Assembly: GCA_964448755.1 (NCBI GenBank)
Contig: CAYUXF010000001.1
Coordinates: forward strand, 1 to 60,866
Reading direction: 5' to 3'
Length of the DNA: 60,866 nucleotides
Origin: an uncultured bacterium
GTDB lineage: Bacteria > Margulisbacteria > Termititenacia > Termititenacales > CAYUXF01
A program made the position numbers and the translations under genes. The notes below the pieces were generated by a model. That model saw only the letters and a list, made by a program, of their open reading frames with translations. It made no database searches and had not been told where the DNA came from. Below are positions 1 through 8,559 of this stretch, in pieces (the first letter of the stretch is position 1; every line of letters starts with the position of its first letter).

Positions 1-152
1 CATGTAGAAACACTGGTCTACTTAGAAAAAACAAGTTAGAATCTCCACGCGGTTATGATAAACGAAAAAAAATTAATTCTAGACAACAACAACGTCATCC
101 ACGTCAATTTTCAGCGCAAATGCCTGGCTATTCGGCAAGAAAAAAAGATCCA

Positions 153-1094
153 TTATTTAAATTTATAAAAAACACCGCGCGCTTTTTCTTCGGCAATAAG
201 CTCGCCCAATGCCAATCTCTGATGTAAAAAAATATCGACAGCTTTTTTGTCCAAACCGGTCAACTGCATAATATCTTCGGCAGTCGCAGGACGCCGGCGC
301 AAAAAATTAGAGATCAGCAGATCCAGTTCTTGCGGCGTGTTAGTTAGCGGCACATCTTTTTTTGGCACTTTGCCGACAGTTACAACCTGTAAAGGCGCTA
401 AAAAATCACGGATCGCCGCTAATTGTTCCGCTGCAGGGACCTTGACCCAATTTTCTGTCCCAGGCCTATCCAGCGTATTGAGCTGGATCTTTTGCGGCGC
501 TATCTGCAAGGCCGCTTCTTTAATTAAATTCAGTTCTGCCGGCGTGTCATTGATGCCGGGCACAACAAATATTTCCAGCCAGAGTTCGCCTTGATATTCT
601 TTGGCAAAAGCCAGCAAACCTTCTAGATATTTTTTTGCTGTTAGTCCCGCCGCCGGCCGGTTAACTTTTGTAAAAACATCTTGAGAAACAGCATCAAGCG
701 AAGGAATAACCAGATCACAAAAAGAAGCCTCTTTGCGCACCTGTGGATCAGAAAACAAAGTGGCGTTAGTTAAAAGCGCCAGTTTATAAGCCGGAAAATT
801 CTGCTTAATATATATTGCGATCTCGCCAAAATTGGCAGCCAGTGTCGGCTCGCCCGAACCTGAAAAAGTAATGTAGTCGAGCGGCGGATTTTGCGATAAA
901 AAATCATGCAGTTCATTGATGATCAACTCTGTCTCGACAAACACCTTTCTGGTTAGAGTCAGGTCAGTTGTAGCGCCACATTCGCAATAAACACAGTCAA
1001 GCGAACAGACCTTATAGGGAACAAGATCAACGCCCAGCGAAATCCCCAAACGGCGCGAAGTAACAGGACCAAACAATGTTTTATAAACAGTCAT
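153..1094 (-). CDS. radical SAM protein (family unassigned; C-terminal helical tail)
   Basis: 313-aa ORF. CSLDCVYCECG CxxxCxxC cluster motif near the N-terminus and a GSGEPT motif. Its ATG overlaps the trmB stop by 1 nt (TGATG on the minus strand). Confidence 0.8.
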   Translation of the reverse strand: MTVYKTLFGPVTSRRLGISLGVDLVPYKVCSLDCVYCECGATTDLTLTRKVFVETELIINELHDFLSQNPPLDYITFSGSGEPTLAANFGEIAIYIKQNFPAYKLALLTNATLFSDPQVRKEASFCDLVIPSLDAVSQDVFTKVNRPAAGLTAKKYLEGLLAFAKEYQGELWLEIFVVPGINDTPAELNLIKEAALQIAPQKIQLNTLDRPGTENWVKVPAAEQLAAIRDFLAPLQVVTVGKVPKKDVPLTNTPQELDLLISNFLRRRPATAEDIMQLTGLDKKAVDIFLHQRLALGELIAEEKARGVFYKFK

Positions 1095-1708
1095 CAGCGC
1101 CTCCTGAAGATCATGCGATAAATAGGATTATCCTGCTTTTGATGGTAGATCTCAATATCGGAGCGGACACCCTCAATGTTTTTTTCAGCATAATTATTTT
1201 TACCGCAGACGTTTTCAAAAGAACTTTCCGCCTCCAGATCAAAAAGCATATCTTGCGCCAGATCTTCTTTGTCGGTGGCGACATGAAGTTCGGCACCGAC
1301 AGCCATATATTCGGCCAACAGCTTGATAAAAGCGGCATTGACCACCCGCCGCTTGAGATGTTTCTTTTTATACCAGGGATCAGGGTGCATTACATAAACA
1401 TTATTCAGCTGACCTGGTTTAAAAAGTTTACCAAGCGCATTATTGGCATTGGCCTGCAGAACATAGGCATTTTTCAGTTCCGCCTCGGCGATCCGCTCCC
1501 TGGCAACTTCAATAAATTTTGTTCTGATCTCTACGCCAACAATATTGCGCTGTGGAAACTTCTGGGCATAACTGACCAGCCAGGTGCCGTTAGAAAAACC
1601 TATTTCCAGATCAATAGGATTATCATTGCCAAATACTTGACGCCAATTCGGTGTTTCCGAAGGCTCTTTAATATTAAAAGGATTATAATGCGGATGAGCG
1701 CGTACCAT
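1094..1708 (-). CDS. trmB: tRNA (guanine46-N7)-methyltransferase
   Basis: 204-aa ORF with VGVEIR and HPDPWYKKKHLKRR motifs typical of TrmB. Confidence 0.85.
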   Translation of the reverse strand: MVRAHPHYNPFNIKEPSETPNWRQVFGNDNPIDLEIGFSNGTWLVSYAQKFPQRNIVGVEIRTKFIEVARERIAEAELKNAYVLQANANNALGKLFKPGQLNNVYVMHPDPWYKKKHLKRRVVNAAFIKLLAEYMAVGAELHVATDKEDLAQDMLFDLEAESSFENVCGKNNYAEKNIEGVRSDIEIYHQKQDNPIYRMIFRRR

Positions 1709-1727
1709 AGCGTGAATATAACATAAA

Positions 1728-2036
1728 TCAGATATTTTCCAATAGTTTAAATAGCTGGCGGCAATCGAGGATCCTGACTATTATTAACTCCTTGTTTTCT
1801 AGGCGATAGATCACTCTAAAGACCTCAAAAACGATCTCGCGATACAATGTATTACCAAAATCATATAATTCCGGTATTAACCGGCCGCTCTGCGGATAGC
1901 GCATTAACTGACCAATTATCTTCTTTAGGCCACTGTAATAATTTCTGGAAATATTTTTATCAATTGCATAGTAATGATCAAGAATGTTTTCCAGGTCAAG
2001 AGCGGCTTGGTCCGCAAAAGATACTTTATAAGCCAT
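1728..2036 (-). CDS. type II toxin, ParE/RelE family
   Basis: ORF track starts at a TTG (2048). The ATG at 2036 gives MAYKVSFADQAALDLENI, a typical ParE N-terminus, and overlaps the antitoxin stop by 11 nt. Confidence 0.75.
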   Translation of the reverse strand: MAYKVSFADQAALDLENILDHYYAIDKNISRNYYSGLKKIIGQLMRYPQSGRLIPELYDFGNTLYREIVFEVFRVIYRLENKELIIVRILDCRQLFKLLENI

Positions 2037-2295
2037 ATTTGTGGTCAAGTTTTTTTGTCACTGTATCAAGATCCATTTTTCCAGACTCTTTAATTGACTG
2101 TTCCCCTTGGCTGATCAAGCGAATTAACTCCAGCGCTTTTTGCTGTCTTTCCCAGGTAGCAATGTCCAGAAAAACACCGGCAGCCTCACCGTTTTGTGTG
2201 ACAATTATCGGCTCATGGTTTTTGCCAATTGCCGCAATTATCTCTTTTAAATGTCCTTTAAAATATGAGACCGGCTTTATATTACGCAAAGACAT
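2026..2295 (-). CDS. type II antitoxin, Phd/YefM family
   Basis: 89-aa ORF immediately upstream of and overlapping the toxin. The PIIVTQNGEAAGVFLD motif is typical of Phd/YefM. Confidence 0.75.
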   Translation of the reverse strand: MSLRNIKPVSYFKGHLKEIIAAIGKNHEPIIVTQNGEAAGVFLDIATWERQQKALELIRLISQGEQSIKESGKMDLDTVTKKLDHKYGL

Positions 2296-2314
2296 CTTTT
2301 TTCTCCTGTATTTA

Positions 2315-2352
2315 TTAAGACATAATTATAACATAATTATGTCTTAAATCAA
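2315..2352 (-). promoter_or_regulatory. Toxin-antitoxin promoter with palindromic operator
   Basis: Perfect 15-bp inverted repeat TTAAGACATAATTAT-aac-ATAATTATGTCTTAA (2315-2347). On the minus strand there is TTGATT (2352-2347), a 16-nt spacer and TATAAT (2330-2325), about 30 nt upstream of the phd ATG. Confidence 0.5.
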
Positions 2353-2369
2353 AAATTATCCTATATGCC

Positions 2370-2398
2370 TTGTTCTCGCTATACCTTGCTGTTATACT
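2370..2398 (+). promoter_or_regulatory. putative sigma-70 promoter of tyrA (very short leader)
   Basis: TTGTTC (2370-2375), 17-nt spacer, TATACT (2393-2398). The ATG at 2409 lies only 10 nt after the -10 box and has no Shine-Dalgarno. Confidence 0.35.
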
Positions 2399-2408
2399 TT
2401 AGCTCATT

Positions 2409-3251
2409 ATGTTCAAAAAAATTGCTTTTGTTGGTCTCGGCCTTATTGGCGGTTCTTTAGCGCAAGCTATTAAAAATGCCTTCCCTAAAACAGAAATAAT
2501 TGCCCTGGCCCGCTCGCAAACAACTATCAATTATGCCTTACGGCAAAAGATCATCAGCGCCGGCACCACCGAACGCCAAAAATTTGCGTCAATACTCAAA
2601 GACGTAGAGCTGTTAATTATTGCCGCGCCAATTAACAATATTGTTGAATATGTCACTGCTTTTTATCCGCTGGTCTCAGAAAAAACTATTATTCTAGATG
2701 TCGCTTCGAGCAAGCAAGAGATCTGTCAAAAACTAAGTAATTTAAGCGATAAATTCATTGGCGGCCACCCAATGTTCGGCACCGAAAAAACCGGCATTAA
2801 AAACGCTGACCCGCAGCTGGCGCACAACGCGGTCTTTGTTCTCTCCCCCGGCTCCAGAACAAACAAACTTAAGATCAATAAATTAAAAAAATTCATTGGC
2901 AAATTGAATATGCGTCCGTTGGTCATGGCGGCAAACCTGCACGACCAGGCAGTAGCGGCAATTTCCCATGTTCCTTATTTAACAGCAACCGCACTATTGC
3001 GTTTGGCAGACACCCCGGAGAAAAAAAACCTGGCCGCTAGCGGGTTCAGATCTTCTACCCGGGTAGGCGAATCAGATCCGCAATGGGGGCTGGAAATTTG
3101 CCAAACCAATAAAAAAGCCATTAGTCAAGAATTAGCGGCCCTTATAAAAAATCTTAAAAAACTCCAAAAAAATATTAAAAAAAATAAAACAGCGGAACTT
3201 CTGGCTTTTTTTGAAAAAAGCTGGGCAATGAGACGGGACATTTATCAATGA
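2409..3251 (+). CDS. tyrA: prephenate dehydrogenase
   Basis: 280 aa. N-terminal Rossmann motif FVGLGLIGGSLA and a GGHPMFG motif. Confidence 0.8.
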   Translation: MFKKIAFVGLGLIGGSLAQAIKNAFPKTEIIALARSQTTINYALRQKIISAGTTERQKFASILKDVELLIIAAPINNIVEYVTAFYPLVSEKTIILDVASSKQEICQKLSNLSDKFIGGHPMFGTEKTGIKNADPQLAHNAVFVLSPGSRTNKLKINKLKKFIGKLNMRPLVMAANLHDQAVAAISHVPYLTATALLRLADTPEKKNLAASGFRSSTRVGESDPQWGLEICQTNKKAISQELAALIKNLKKLQKNIKKNKTAELLAFFEKSWAMRRDIYQ

Positions 3252-4195
3252 AAGTCCTTTTAAGTTGCGGCGGTACCGGCGGGCACATTTATCCGGCCCT
3301 GGCAGTTGCCGAAAAACTGGAAGACTGTTTTTTTGTCGGCGGTAGCCGGCTGGAAAAAAAATTAATTCCACATGCCGGATTCCGGTTTTATGAAATACCG
3401 GCCAGTCCCAAAAATATTTTTAAAATAATTAAAGGAACCATCCGTAGTTTACAGATCATTAAAAAAGAACAGCCAGATCTCATTCTCTGTACTGGCGGCT
3501 ATACAACTATTCCCGTAGCGCTGGCGGCAAAGCTGACCGGCAAAAAACTCTTTTTACAAGAACAAAATATCCTGCCCGGCAAGGCTAACCGCCTACTCGG
3601 CAAACTCTCACAAAAGATCTTTATTTCTTTTGCCGGCAGTCAAAAATACTTTAACACAAAAAAAACAGTTTTGACGGGCAACCCGGTCAGAGAAAACATT
3701 GCCAGAGTAAAATACAACCAAGCAAATTTAGACGCCGATACTGTCCTGGTCTTTGGCGGTTCGCTTTCCTCAAAGGCGATCAGTGAGACAGTCAACGCTC
3801 TAGTTAAAAAATATTTACCATCATTTAAAATAATTCATTTGGACGGCAGTAATTATACACACGACATGGCGGCCCTTTACCAAAAAGCCACACTAACAGT
3901 CTGCCGCGCCGGCGCAACTTCACTGGCCGAACTATCAGCTATCGGCCTGCCGGCTATTTTAATACCCTATCCTTACGCCGCCAACGACCATCAAATGTTT
4001 AACGCTCTCTATTTTGCCGAAAATGGCGCAGCCCAAATTATTAACGAAAAAGAATTGACACCTGAGAAACTTTGGGAAAATATCCAGTCACTGCTCAACA
4101 ATAAAGAAGAATTAAAAAAGATGTCAGAAAAAATGGCACAAACCGCCACTAAGAATTCTGCCGAACTAATTGCGCGCCAGCTCCAAATCGCTTGA
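3248..4195 (+). CDS. murG: undecaprenyldiphospho-muramoylpentapeptide beta-N-acetylglucosaminyltransferase
   Basis: 315 aa. GGTGGHIYPALAVA N-terminal motif and C-terminal GT28 region. ATGA overlap with tyrA. Somewhat shorter than typical MurG. Confidence 0.85.
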   Translation: MKVLLSCGGTGGHIYPALAVAEKLEDCFFVGGSRLEKKLIPHAGFRFYEIPASPKNIFKIIKGTIRSLQIIKKEQPDLILCTGGYTTIPVALAAKLTGKKLFLQEQNILPGKANRLLGKLSQKIFISFAGSQKYFNTKKTVLTGNPVRENIARVKYNQANLDADTVLVFGGSLSSKAISETVNALVKKYLPSFKIIHLDGSNYTHDMAALYQKATLTVCRAGATSLAELSAIGLPAILIPYPYAANDHQMFNALYFAENGAAQIINEKELTPEKLWENIQSLLNNKEELKKMSEKMAQTATKNSAELIARQLQIA

Positions 4196-4498
4196 CCACA
4201 TATAGCCGCGGTTACCCTCTTCATCTTCCATCAGCCAATTTCCCCGCGGCTTAATTGTCAGCATAATTTTTATAACTCTTTGCGGAAAACGTATGACCGT
4301 TTCAGCTACAGATTCATCTTTAATTAAACGAAGTAAGGTTCCTTTAGGTAATTCTTTTATTTTTTTATCACCGGAAACAGCCACATAGGGAGAGCTATCG
4401 AGTTTAACCACATACCAGGCGCCGAGCTTTTTTACACCCCAGGCGGTAGTTAAAAGCAGGAGGCAAAACAACAAACCGTAAAAAAAAGAACGTTTCAT
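4166..4498 (-). CDS. small secreted protein, possible SH3b-like domain
   Basis: 110 aa with an N-terminal signal/TM segment. 4-nt overlap with the upstream ORF. 3' end overlaps the murG 3' end convergently. Confidence 0.5.
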   Translation of the reverse strand: MKRSFFYGLLFCLLLLTTAWGVKKLGAWYVVKLDSSPYVAVSGDKKIKELPKGTLLRLIKDESVAETVIRFPQRVIKIMLTIKPRGNWLMEDEEGNRGYMWSSDLELARN

Positions 4499-5700
4499 TT
4501 GCGCAGTATATCAAGGATCCGCTTGAAATAGAACTGGCCTAGTTTTTTTCTCTGCCCGGTTTTCTGTTCATAAAAATAAGCAGCCAGATAAGGATCTCTA
4601 AAAAAAGTTAACGCGGCCTGATATTCAGCAAAATCTGCCGCGACAGGCAACTGCGCTTGTTTTTTATCCAGGCCATACTCCTCGCCATCGGCAAATTGCC
4701 ACCAGGACTGCCCTTGTGAACAAATAAGCACATACCCTGTGGAGTATTTCTGTGCTAGAAGCAATTGCTGCTGAAAAACAGCCGGCTTGAGCAAAGCTCC
4801 TCTATCATATTCAGAACGACCAAGCGGAAAAAGAGCGTAAACCAGGCCGCCTTTTTTTTGCCGGTCTGCCTGATAAGCAGAAAAAGGACTAATACCAGCC
4901 ACAAACTGTTCTTGTAAATTTGAAAAATCGTCAGCCGCTAATAAAGACCAGGTTTTTTCCGTAAAAAAATAATGGTTTATTTTCTCTACCTCAACACTTA
5001 AAAAACCTTTAACAAAATGCGGCCAATGATAATAGCGATCATATAGGGCATTTTCTTTTTTTTCTGTTAAAACACCAATTGGCGTAAAAATAATATCGCC
5101 CTTAGAGAACTCCTGATAAATGGCCTGAGCCAGCGCTCTGCCACGCTGATAAATAACTTTGCGGGCCAGTTCATCAGAAATACTATTTTTAACCGTATAA
5201 TAAGCGGGATTCCACACCGCTTTATTGTAAGCTGTAGTATCTAAAACTAAACCTTTAAAGCCACTCTCTCTGGCAAATCTGGCAACGGCACTTAAATTAC
5301 TGCAAACTTTTTGCCAGCCGGCAGTATCACTCCAGGCGGGAAGATCGCCCTCGGCAATATTTATTTTTAAAAAGTTATGGGCAAATTTTTTATTGGCTAG
5401 CTGGCAATCACGAAAATATTCACGCAGTTCTTCTTCATAGTTATACCAATTGGAGGGCAAACCGGAAAAAATAAAACCACTAATATTAAGCTCATTAAAA
5501 TATTCTGCTTTAGCTGTTACCAAAGCAGGCGTAGCTTCAGAAAGCAAAAGAAAAGGCAGCGGATAACTCTGCACAGAAGAATTAACCGGCGTATATGATT
5601 GATATTGGTCATAAAATTGCGCCGGAACTATTTCCGCCTTAAAAAGAACAAAGACAACCAGTATAATAACAGCAATAATAATATTTCTTTTTTTTATCAT
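4495..5700 (-). CDS. secreted hypothetical protein (possible glycoside-hydrolase-like TIM barrel, unverified)
   Basis: 401 aa with an N-terminal hydrophobic signal anchor. No motif I can assign with certainty. Confidence 0.55.
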   Translation of the reverse strand: MIKKRNIIIAVIILVVFVLFKAEIVPAQFYDQYQSYTPVNSSVQSYPLPFLLLSEATPALVTAKAEYFNELNISGFIFSGLPSNWYNYEEELREYFRDCQLANKKFAHNFLKINIAEGDLPAWSDTAGWQKVCSNLSAVARFARESGFKGLVLDTTAYNKAVWNPAYYTVKNSISDELARKVIYQRGRALAQAIYQEFSKGDIIFTPIGVLTEKKENALYDRYYHWPHFVKGFLSVEVEKINHYFFTEKTWSLLAADDFSNLQEQFVAGISPFSAYQADRQKKGGLVYALFPLGRSEYDRGALLKPAVFQQQLLLAQKYSTGYVLICSQGQSWWQFADGEEYGLDKKQAQLPVAADFAEYQAALTFFRDPYLAAYFYEQKTGQRKKLGQFYFKRILDILRK

Positions 5701-5780
5701 TTTGATCTGACGAATTTCCTTACATGATTAACTAAAAAAACATTTTAACAAAAAAAAAACAAAAAAAACAAAATTATCTT

Positions 5781-5796
5781 TGGCATTACTTTTGAC
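5781..5796 (+). promoter_or_regulatory. sigma-54-like -24/-12 element upstream of the pilin gene (tentative)
   Basis: TGGCATtacttTTGAc has the correct TGGCAC-N5-TTGC spacing, but -12 reads GA rather than GC. It lies 34 nt upstream of the ATG. Confidence 0.25.
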
Positions 5797-5829
5797 AATT
5801 ATAAAACAACTAAAATTTAGGAGTAAATC

Positions 5830-6234
5830 ATGAACCAAAAACTCAAAGCCGCCTTTACTTTAATAGAACTATTAATAGTCATTGCCATTATCGGACTGCT
5901 CTCTTCTCTTCTAATGCCCAACATTGCCGGTGCACAAAACAAAGCCAAAGAAGCAGCAGTTAAAGCTATTATGTTTAACTTGCAAACCGAGCTAGAAACC
6001 TTTCAAATAGACAATTTTACATATCCTGCCGGCAATAATTTAAGTATACCGGCCTTAGCAGAAAAACTAGGGATCACAAAAATACCGCAAAATCCCTATA
6101 CCGGACAAGAGTATAACGACAGTGATCGGGCGGGAAAAATACTCTATAATTATGACGAAAACAACGGCATCTATACTTTAACCGGTTACCGGCGCGATAA
6201 TAATTCGGTGCTTTTTGTCTTAACAAATAATTAG
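5830..6234 (+). CDS. prepilin-type N-terminal cleavage/methylation domain protein (type IV pilin or pseudopilin)
   Basis: 134 aa. AFTLIELLIVIAIIGLL class III signal motif. AGGAG Shine-Dalgarno 7 nt upstream. Confidence 0.8.
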   Translation: MNQKLKAAFTLIELLIVIAIIGLLSSLLMPNIAGAQNKAKEAAVKAIMFNLQTELETFQIDNFTYPAGNNLSIPALAEKLGITKIPQNPYTGQEYNDSDRAGKILYNYDENNGIYTLTGYRRDNNSVLFVLTNN

Positions 6235-6249
6235 TTTTTGTGCTAAAAT

Positions 6250-6822
6250 TTGCGTCCTTTGAATAAGACAGCGTCTATTGGCAAGATCTTTGTAATATCC
6301 GGACCCTCCGGGGTAGGTAAAGGGACCGTTATCCGTGAACTTTTAAAAAAGGTTCCCGGCTGTTCGCTCTCTATTTCACACACGACCAGAAAGCCCAGAA
6401 AAGAAGAAAAAAACGGCCAGGACTACTATTTTGTCGATAAGCCGACTTTTTTGGAAATGGTCGGCCGCCAGGAGTTCATTGAATACGCAGAAGTTCACGG
6501 CAATTTTTACGGCACCAGCAAAACCATGCTAGCGCAACTGCAAAACAGCGGAAAAAATATAATCTTTGAAGTAGATGTTCAGGGCGGAATAAACTTAAAA
6601 AAACTCTTGCCGGAAGTGATCTCTATTTTTATTCTGCCGCCCAGCCAGACAGAACTCTTAAATAGGATCAATAAACGCGGTTCTGAAACAACAGAAACTA
6701 TGAATAAACGGATCGCCACAATGGAAAAAGAACTGCCACTAGCGCAAGAATATGATCATCAGCTCATTAATGATCGCCTGGAAGAAACCATTGCGCAAAT
6801 AGCGGCTATTATAAAAAAATAA
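6250..6822 (+). CDS. gmk: guanylate kinase
   Basis: 190 aa. P-loop GPSGVGKGT and a TTRKPR motif. TTG start as called in the ORF track, so the start is uncertain. Confidence 0.9.
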   Translation: MRPLNKTASIGKIFVISGPSGVGKGTVIRELLKKVPGCSLSISHTTRKPRKEEKNGQDYYFVDKPTFLEMVGRQEFIEYAEVHGNFYGTSKTMLAQLQNSGKNIIFEVDVQGGINLKKLLPEVISIFILPPSQTELLNRINKRGSETTETMNKRIATMEKELPLAQEYDHQLINDRLEETIAQIAAIIKK

Positions 6823-6871
6823 GACAATTTATTTAAAACATCGAGTATAATTAAGAAAAGGAAGTGATCAC

Positions 6872-7090
6872 ATGGAAGAATTAACAACTGAAAAATTGTT
6901 AGAAAAAGCGGAAAACAGGTTCGTCCTCGCTATTGCCGCCGCCAAAAGGGCCCGTCAATTGAAGGATGGCGCTGTCCCTCTTGTTGAAAGAGGCGATAAA
7001 ACAGACCTGACTGTCGCGCTGGAAGAAATTATGGCCGGCAAAATAGCTATTGAAAACAACACGACACCTGAAATTATTGCAGCAGAATAA
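6872..7090 (+). CDS. rpoZ: DNA-directed RNA polymerase subunit omega
   Basis: 72 aa. NRFVLAIAAAKRARQL motif. Conserved gmk-rpoZ synteny. Confidence 0.85.
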   Translation: MEELTTEKLLEKAENRFVLAIAAAKRARQLKDGAVPLVERGDKTDLTVALEEIMAGKIAIENNTTPEIIAAE

Positions 7091-7091
7091 T

Positions 7092-7631
7092 ATGACCAAA
7101 CAGACAAATATCCTTTTGGGCGTAACCGGAGGGATAGCGGCCTATAAGGCCGCCGAGCTGACCAGTCGTCTTTTTCAACTGGGGTATAATGTTAAAGTAA
7201 TTATGACCGAAAACGCCTGTCAGCTGATTGGGCCGGCTACTTTTCGTGCCCTTTCGCACAACCCGGTAGCGACCGACCTTTTTGCCGCCGGGCAAAACAG
7301 CGTGCCTCATATCAGCTTGGCAGCGGAGGCAGACATCTTAATTATTGCCCCGGCTACCGCCAACACAATAGCCAAATTAGCTTTGGGGCTAGCGGATAAT
7401 TTATTAACAACAACTGCACTGGCTTGTACAGCGCCTAAAATAATTGTACCCGCCATGAACGAACAGATGTGGCAGAACCCGCTTGTCCAAAAGAACATCG
7501 CCACACTTAGCGCAAACGGCTGGCAAATAATAGAACCGGACACAGGAAATCTAGCCTGCGGTACAGCCGGCAAAGGGCGCTATCCAGATAACGAGATCAT
7601 TCTTACCGCGATCAAAAAAAATATTGGTTAA
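7092..7631 (+). CDS. coaC: phosphopantothenoylcysteine decarboxylase (stand-alone flavoprotein)
   Basis: The ATG at 7092 gives MTKQTNILLGVTGGIAAYKA (flavoprotein motif). The upstream part of the ORF-track ORF overlaps rpoZ and is unlikely to be translated. Confidence 0.85.
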   Translation: MTKQTNILLGVTGGIAAYKAAELTSRLFQLGYNVKVIMTENACQLIGPATFRALSHNPVATDLFAAGQNSVPHISLAAEADILIIAPATANTIAKLALGLADNLLTTTALACTAPKIIVPAMNEQMWQNPLVQKNIATLSANGWQIIEPDTGNLACGTAGKGRYPDNEIILTAIKKNIG

Positions 7632-7634
7632 GCA

Positions 7635-8231
7635 ATGTCAGACCTAGCCGGCAAAAAGATCTTAATAACTTACGGCGGTACTGCCGAAGCAATTGATCCG
7701 GTCAGGGTCATTACCAATCGCTCTTCCGGTAAAATGGGTCTGGCGCTTAAAGCTGCCGCAGAAAAAGCAGGGGCAAAAGTAATTGCCGTAAAAGCAGAAA
7801 CAGTAGAACAGTTAAAAAAAGAGATCGCAGCTAATTTCAACAGCATTGATATATTGATTATGGCGGCAGCGGTCAGCGATTATAAGCCGGTCAAAACCTC
7901 AGCACAAAAGATAAAATCCGACCAGCAAAAACTAATTATCGAACTAGAAAAAACAGAAGATCTGCTTGCCTATTTTGGTGCCCAAAAAACCAGCCAATAT
8001 CTCGCTGGCTTTGCGTTAGAATCGGAAAATTTACTTGCCAACGCTCTGGCAAAATTAAAGAAGAAGAATCTTGATCTGATCATTGCCAACGACATTTCGG
8101 CTTTAGGCGCTGAAAGATCATCAATAAAAATAATTGATAAAAAAGAGGCGCTGACAGAGTATAATAATTTGAACAAAGATATTTTAGCGGAGAAAATAAT
8201 TGCCAAAATTTGCCGAGATCTTAGTTCATAA
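7635..8231 (+). CDS. coaB: phosphopantothenate--cysteine ligase (stand-alone)
   Basis: 198 aa. GGTAEAIDPVRVITNRSSGKMG motif. Starts 3 nt after the coaC stop. Confidence 0.8.
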   Translation: MSDLAGKKILITYGGTAEAIDPVRVITNRSSGKMGLALKAAAEKAGAKVIAVKAETVEQLKKEIAANFNSIDILIMAAAVSDYKPVKTSAQKIKSDQQKLIIELEKTEDLLAYFGAQKTSQYLAGFALESENLLANALAKLKKKNLDLIIANDISALGAERSSIKIIDKKEALTEYNNLNKDILAEKIIAKICRDLSS

Positions 8232-8502
8232 ACAAAAAACTTATACTTATGAAGTACCTTCTGAACTTGCTTCAGTAATAACAGTCGGCCAGGAAGTCAT
8301 TGTTCACTTAAGAGGAAAATCGACCAGCGGCTATGTCATCAGGCTAGTCGAAAAACCTTCATTTAAAACACTTTTAATTAAAGAGCTCGTATCGCCCACC
8401 GCTTACTTTGATGAAAAATTAGTAGCGCTGGCAGAATATATTGCCGAAAAATATAAATGTCTTTTTGCCACAGCCATGAAACCGATCTTGCCGAAAGAAT
8501 AA
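8200..8502 (+). CDS. priA: PriA N-terminal (3'-DNA-binding) domain only; probable truncated primosomal protein N' remnant
   Basis: 100-aa ORF. FAEILVHKQKTYTYEVPSEL...VGQEVIVHLRGKSTSGYVI matches the PriA N-terminus, but no helicase domain follows. Expected synteny position after coaBC. Confidence 0.55.
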   Translation: MPKFAEILVHKQKTYTYEVPSELASVITVGQEVIVHLRGKSTSGYVIRLVEKPSFKTLLIKELVSPTAYFDEKLVALAEYIAEKYKCLFATAMKPILPKE

Positions 8503-8529
8503 ATAAATTTTTTAATAATATTAAAAAAT

Positions 8530-8559
8530 TTGACGCCAAAAGAACCTTAAAGGTAAAAT
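8530..8559 (+). promoter_or_regulatory. putative sigma-70 promoter of the PEPCK gene
   Basis: TTGACG (8530-8535), 18-nt spacer, TAAAAT (8554-8559). Confidence 0.35.

Noticed and set aside
247-594. 115-aa ORF antisense to the radical SAM gene; similar antisense or shadow ORFs occur at 1076-1726, 1847-2347, 7307-7573, 17729-18037, 18374-18907, 20194-20490, 20573-20944, 28196-28486, 36586-36978, 36837-37133, 38119-38481, 40079-40351, 41361-41663, 44763-45071, 47809-48281, 49940-50242 and 55630-56220
   Set aside because: Each lies wholly inside a longer ORF on the opposite strand or in another frame that has clear family motifs. Their translations are low-complexity or Cys/Ser/Arg-rich, typical of shadow frames.
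5792-5816. Sigma-70 promoter TTGACA ... TAAAAT upstream of the pilin gene
   Set aside because: The spacer is only 13 nt, too short for a functional -35/-10 pair.
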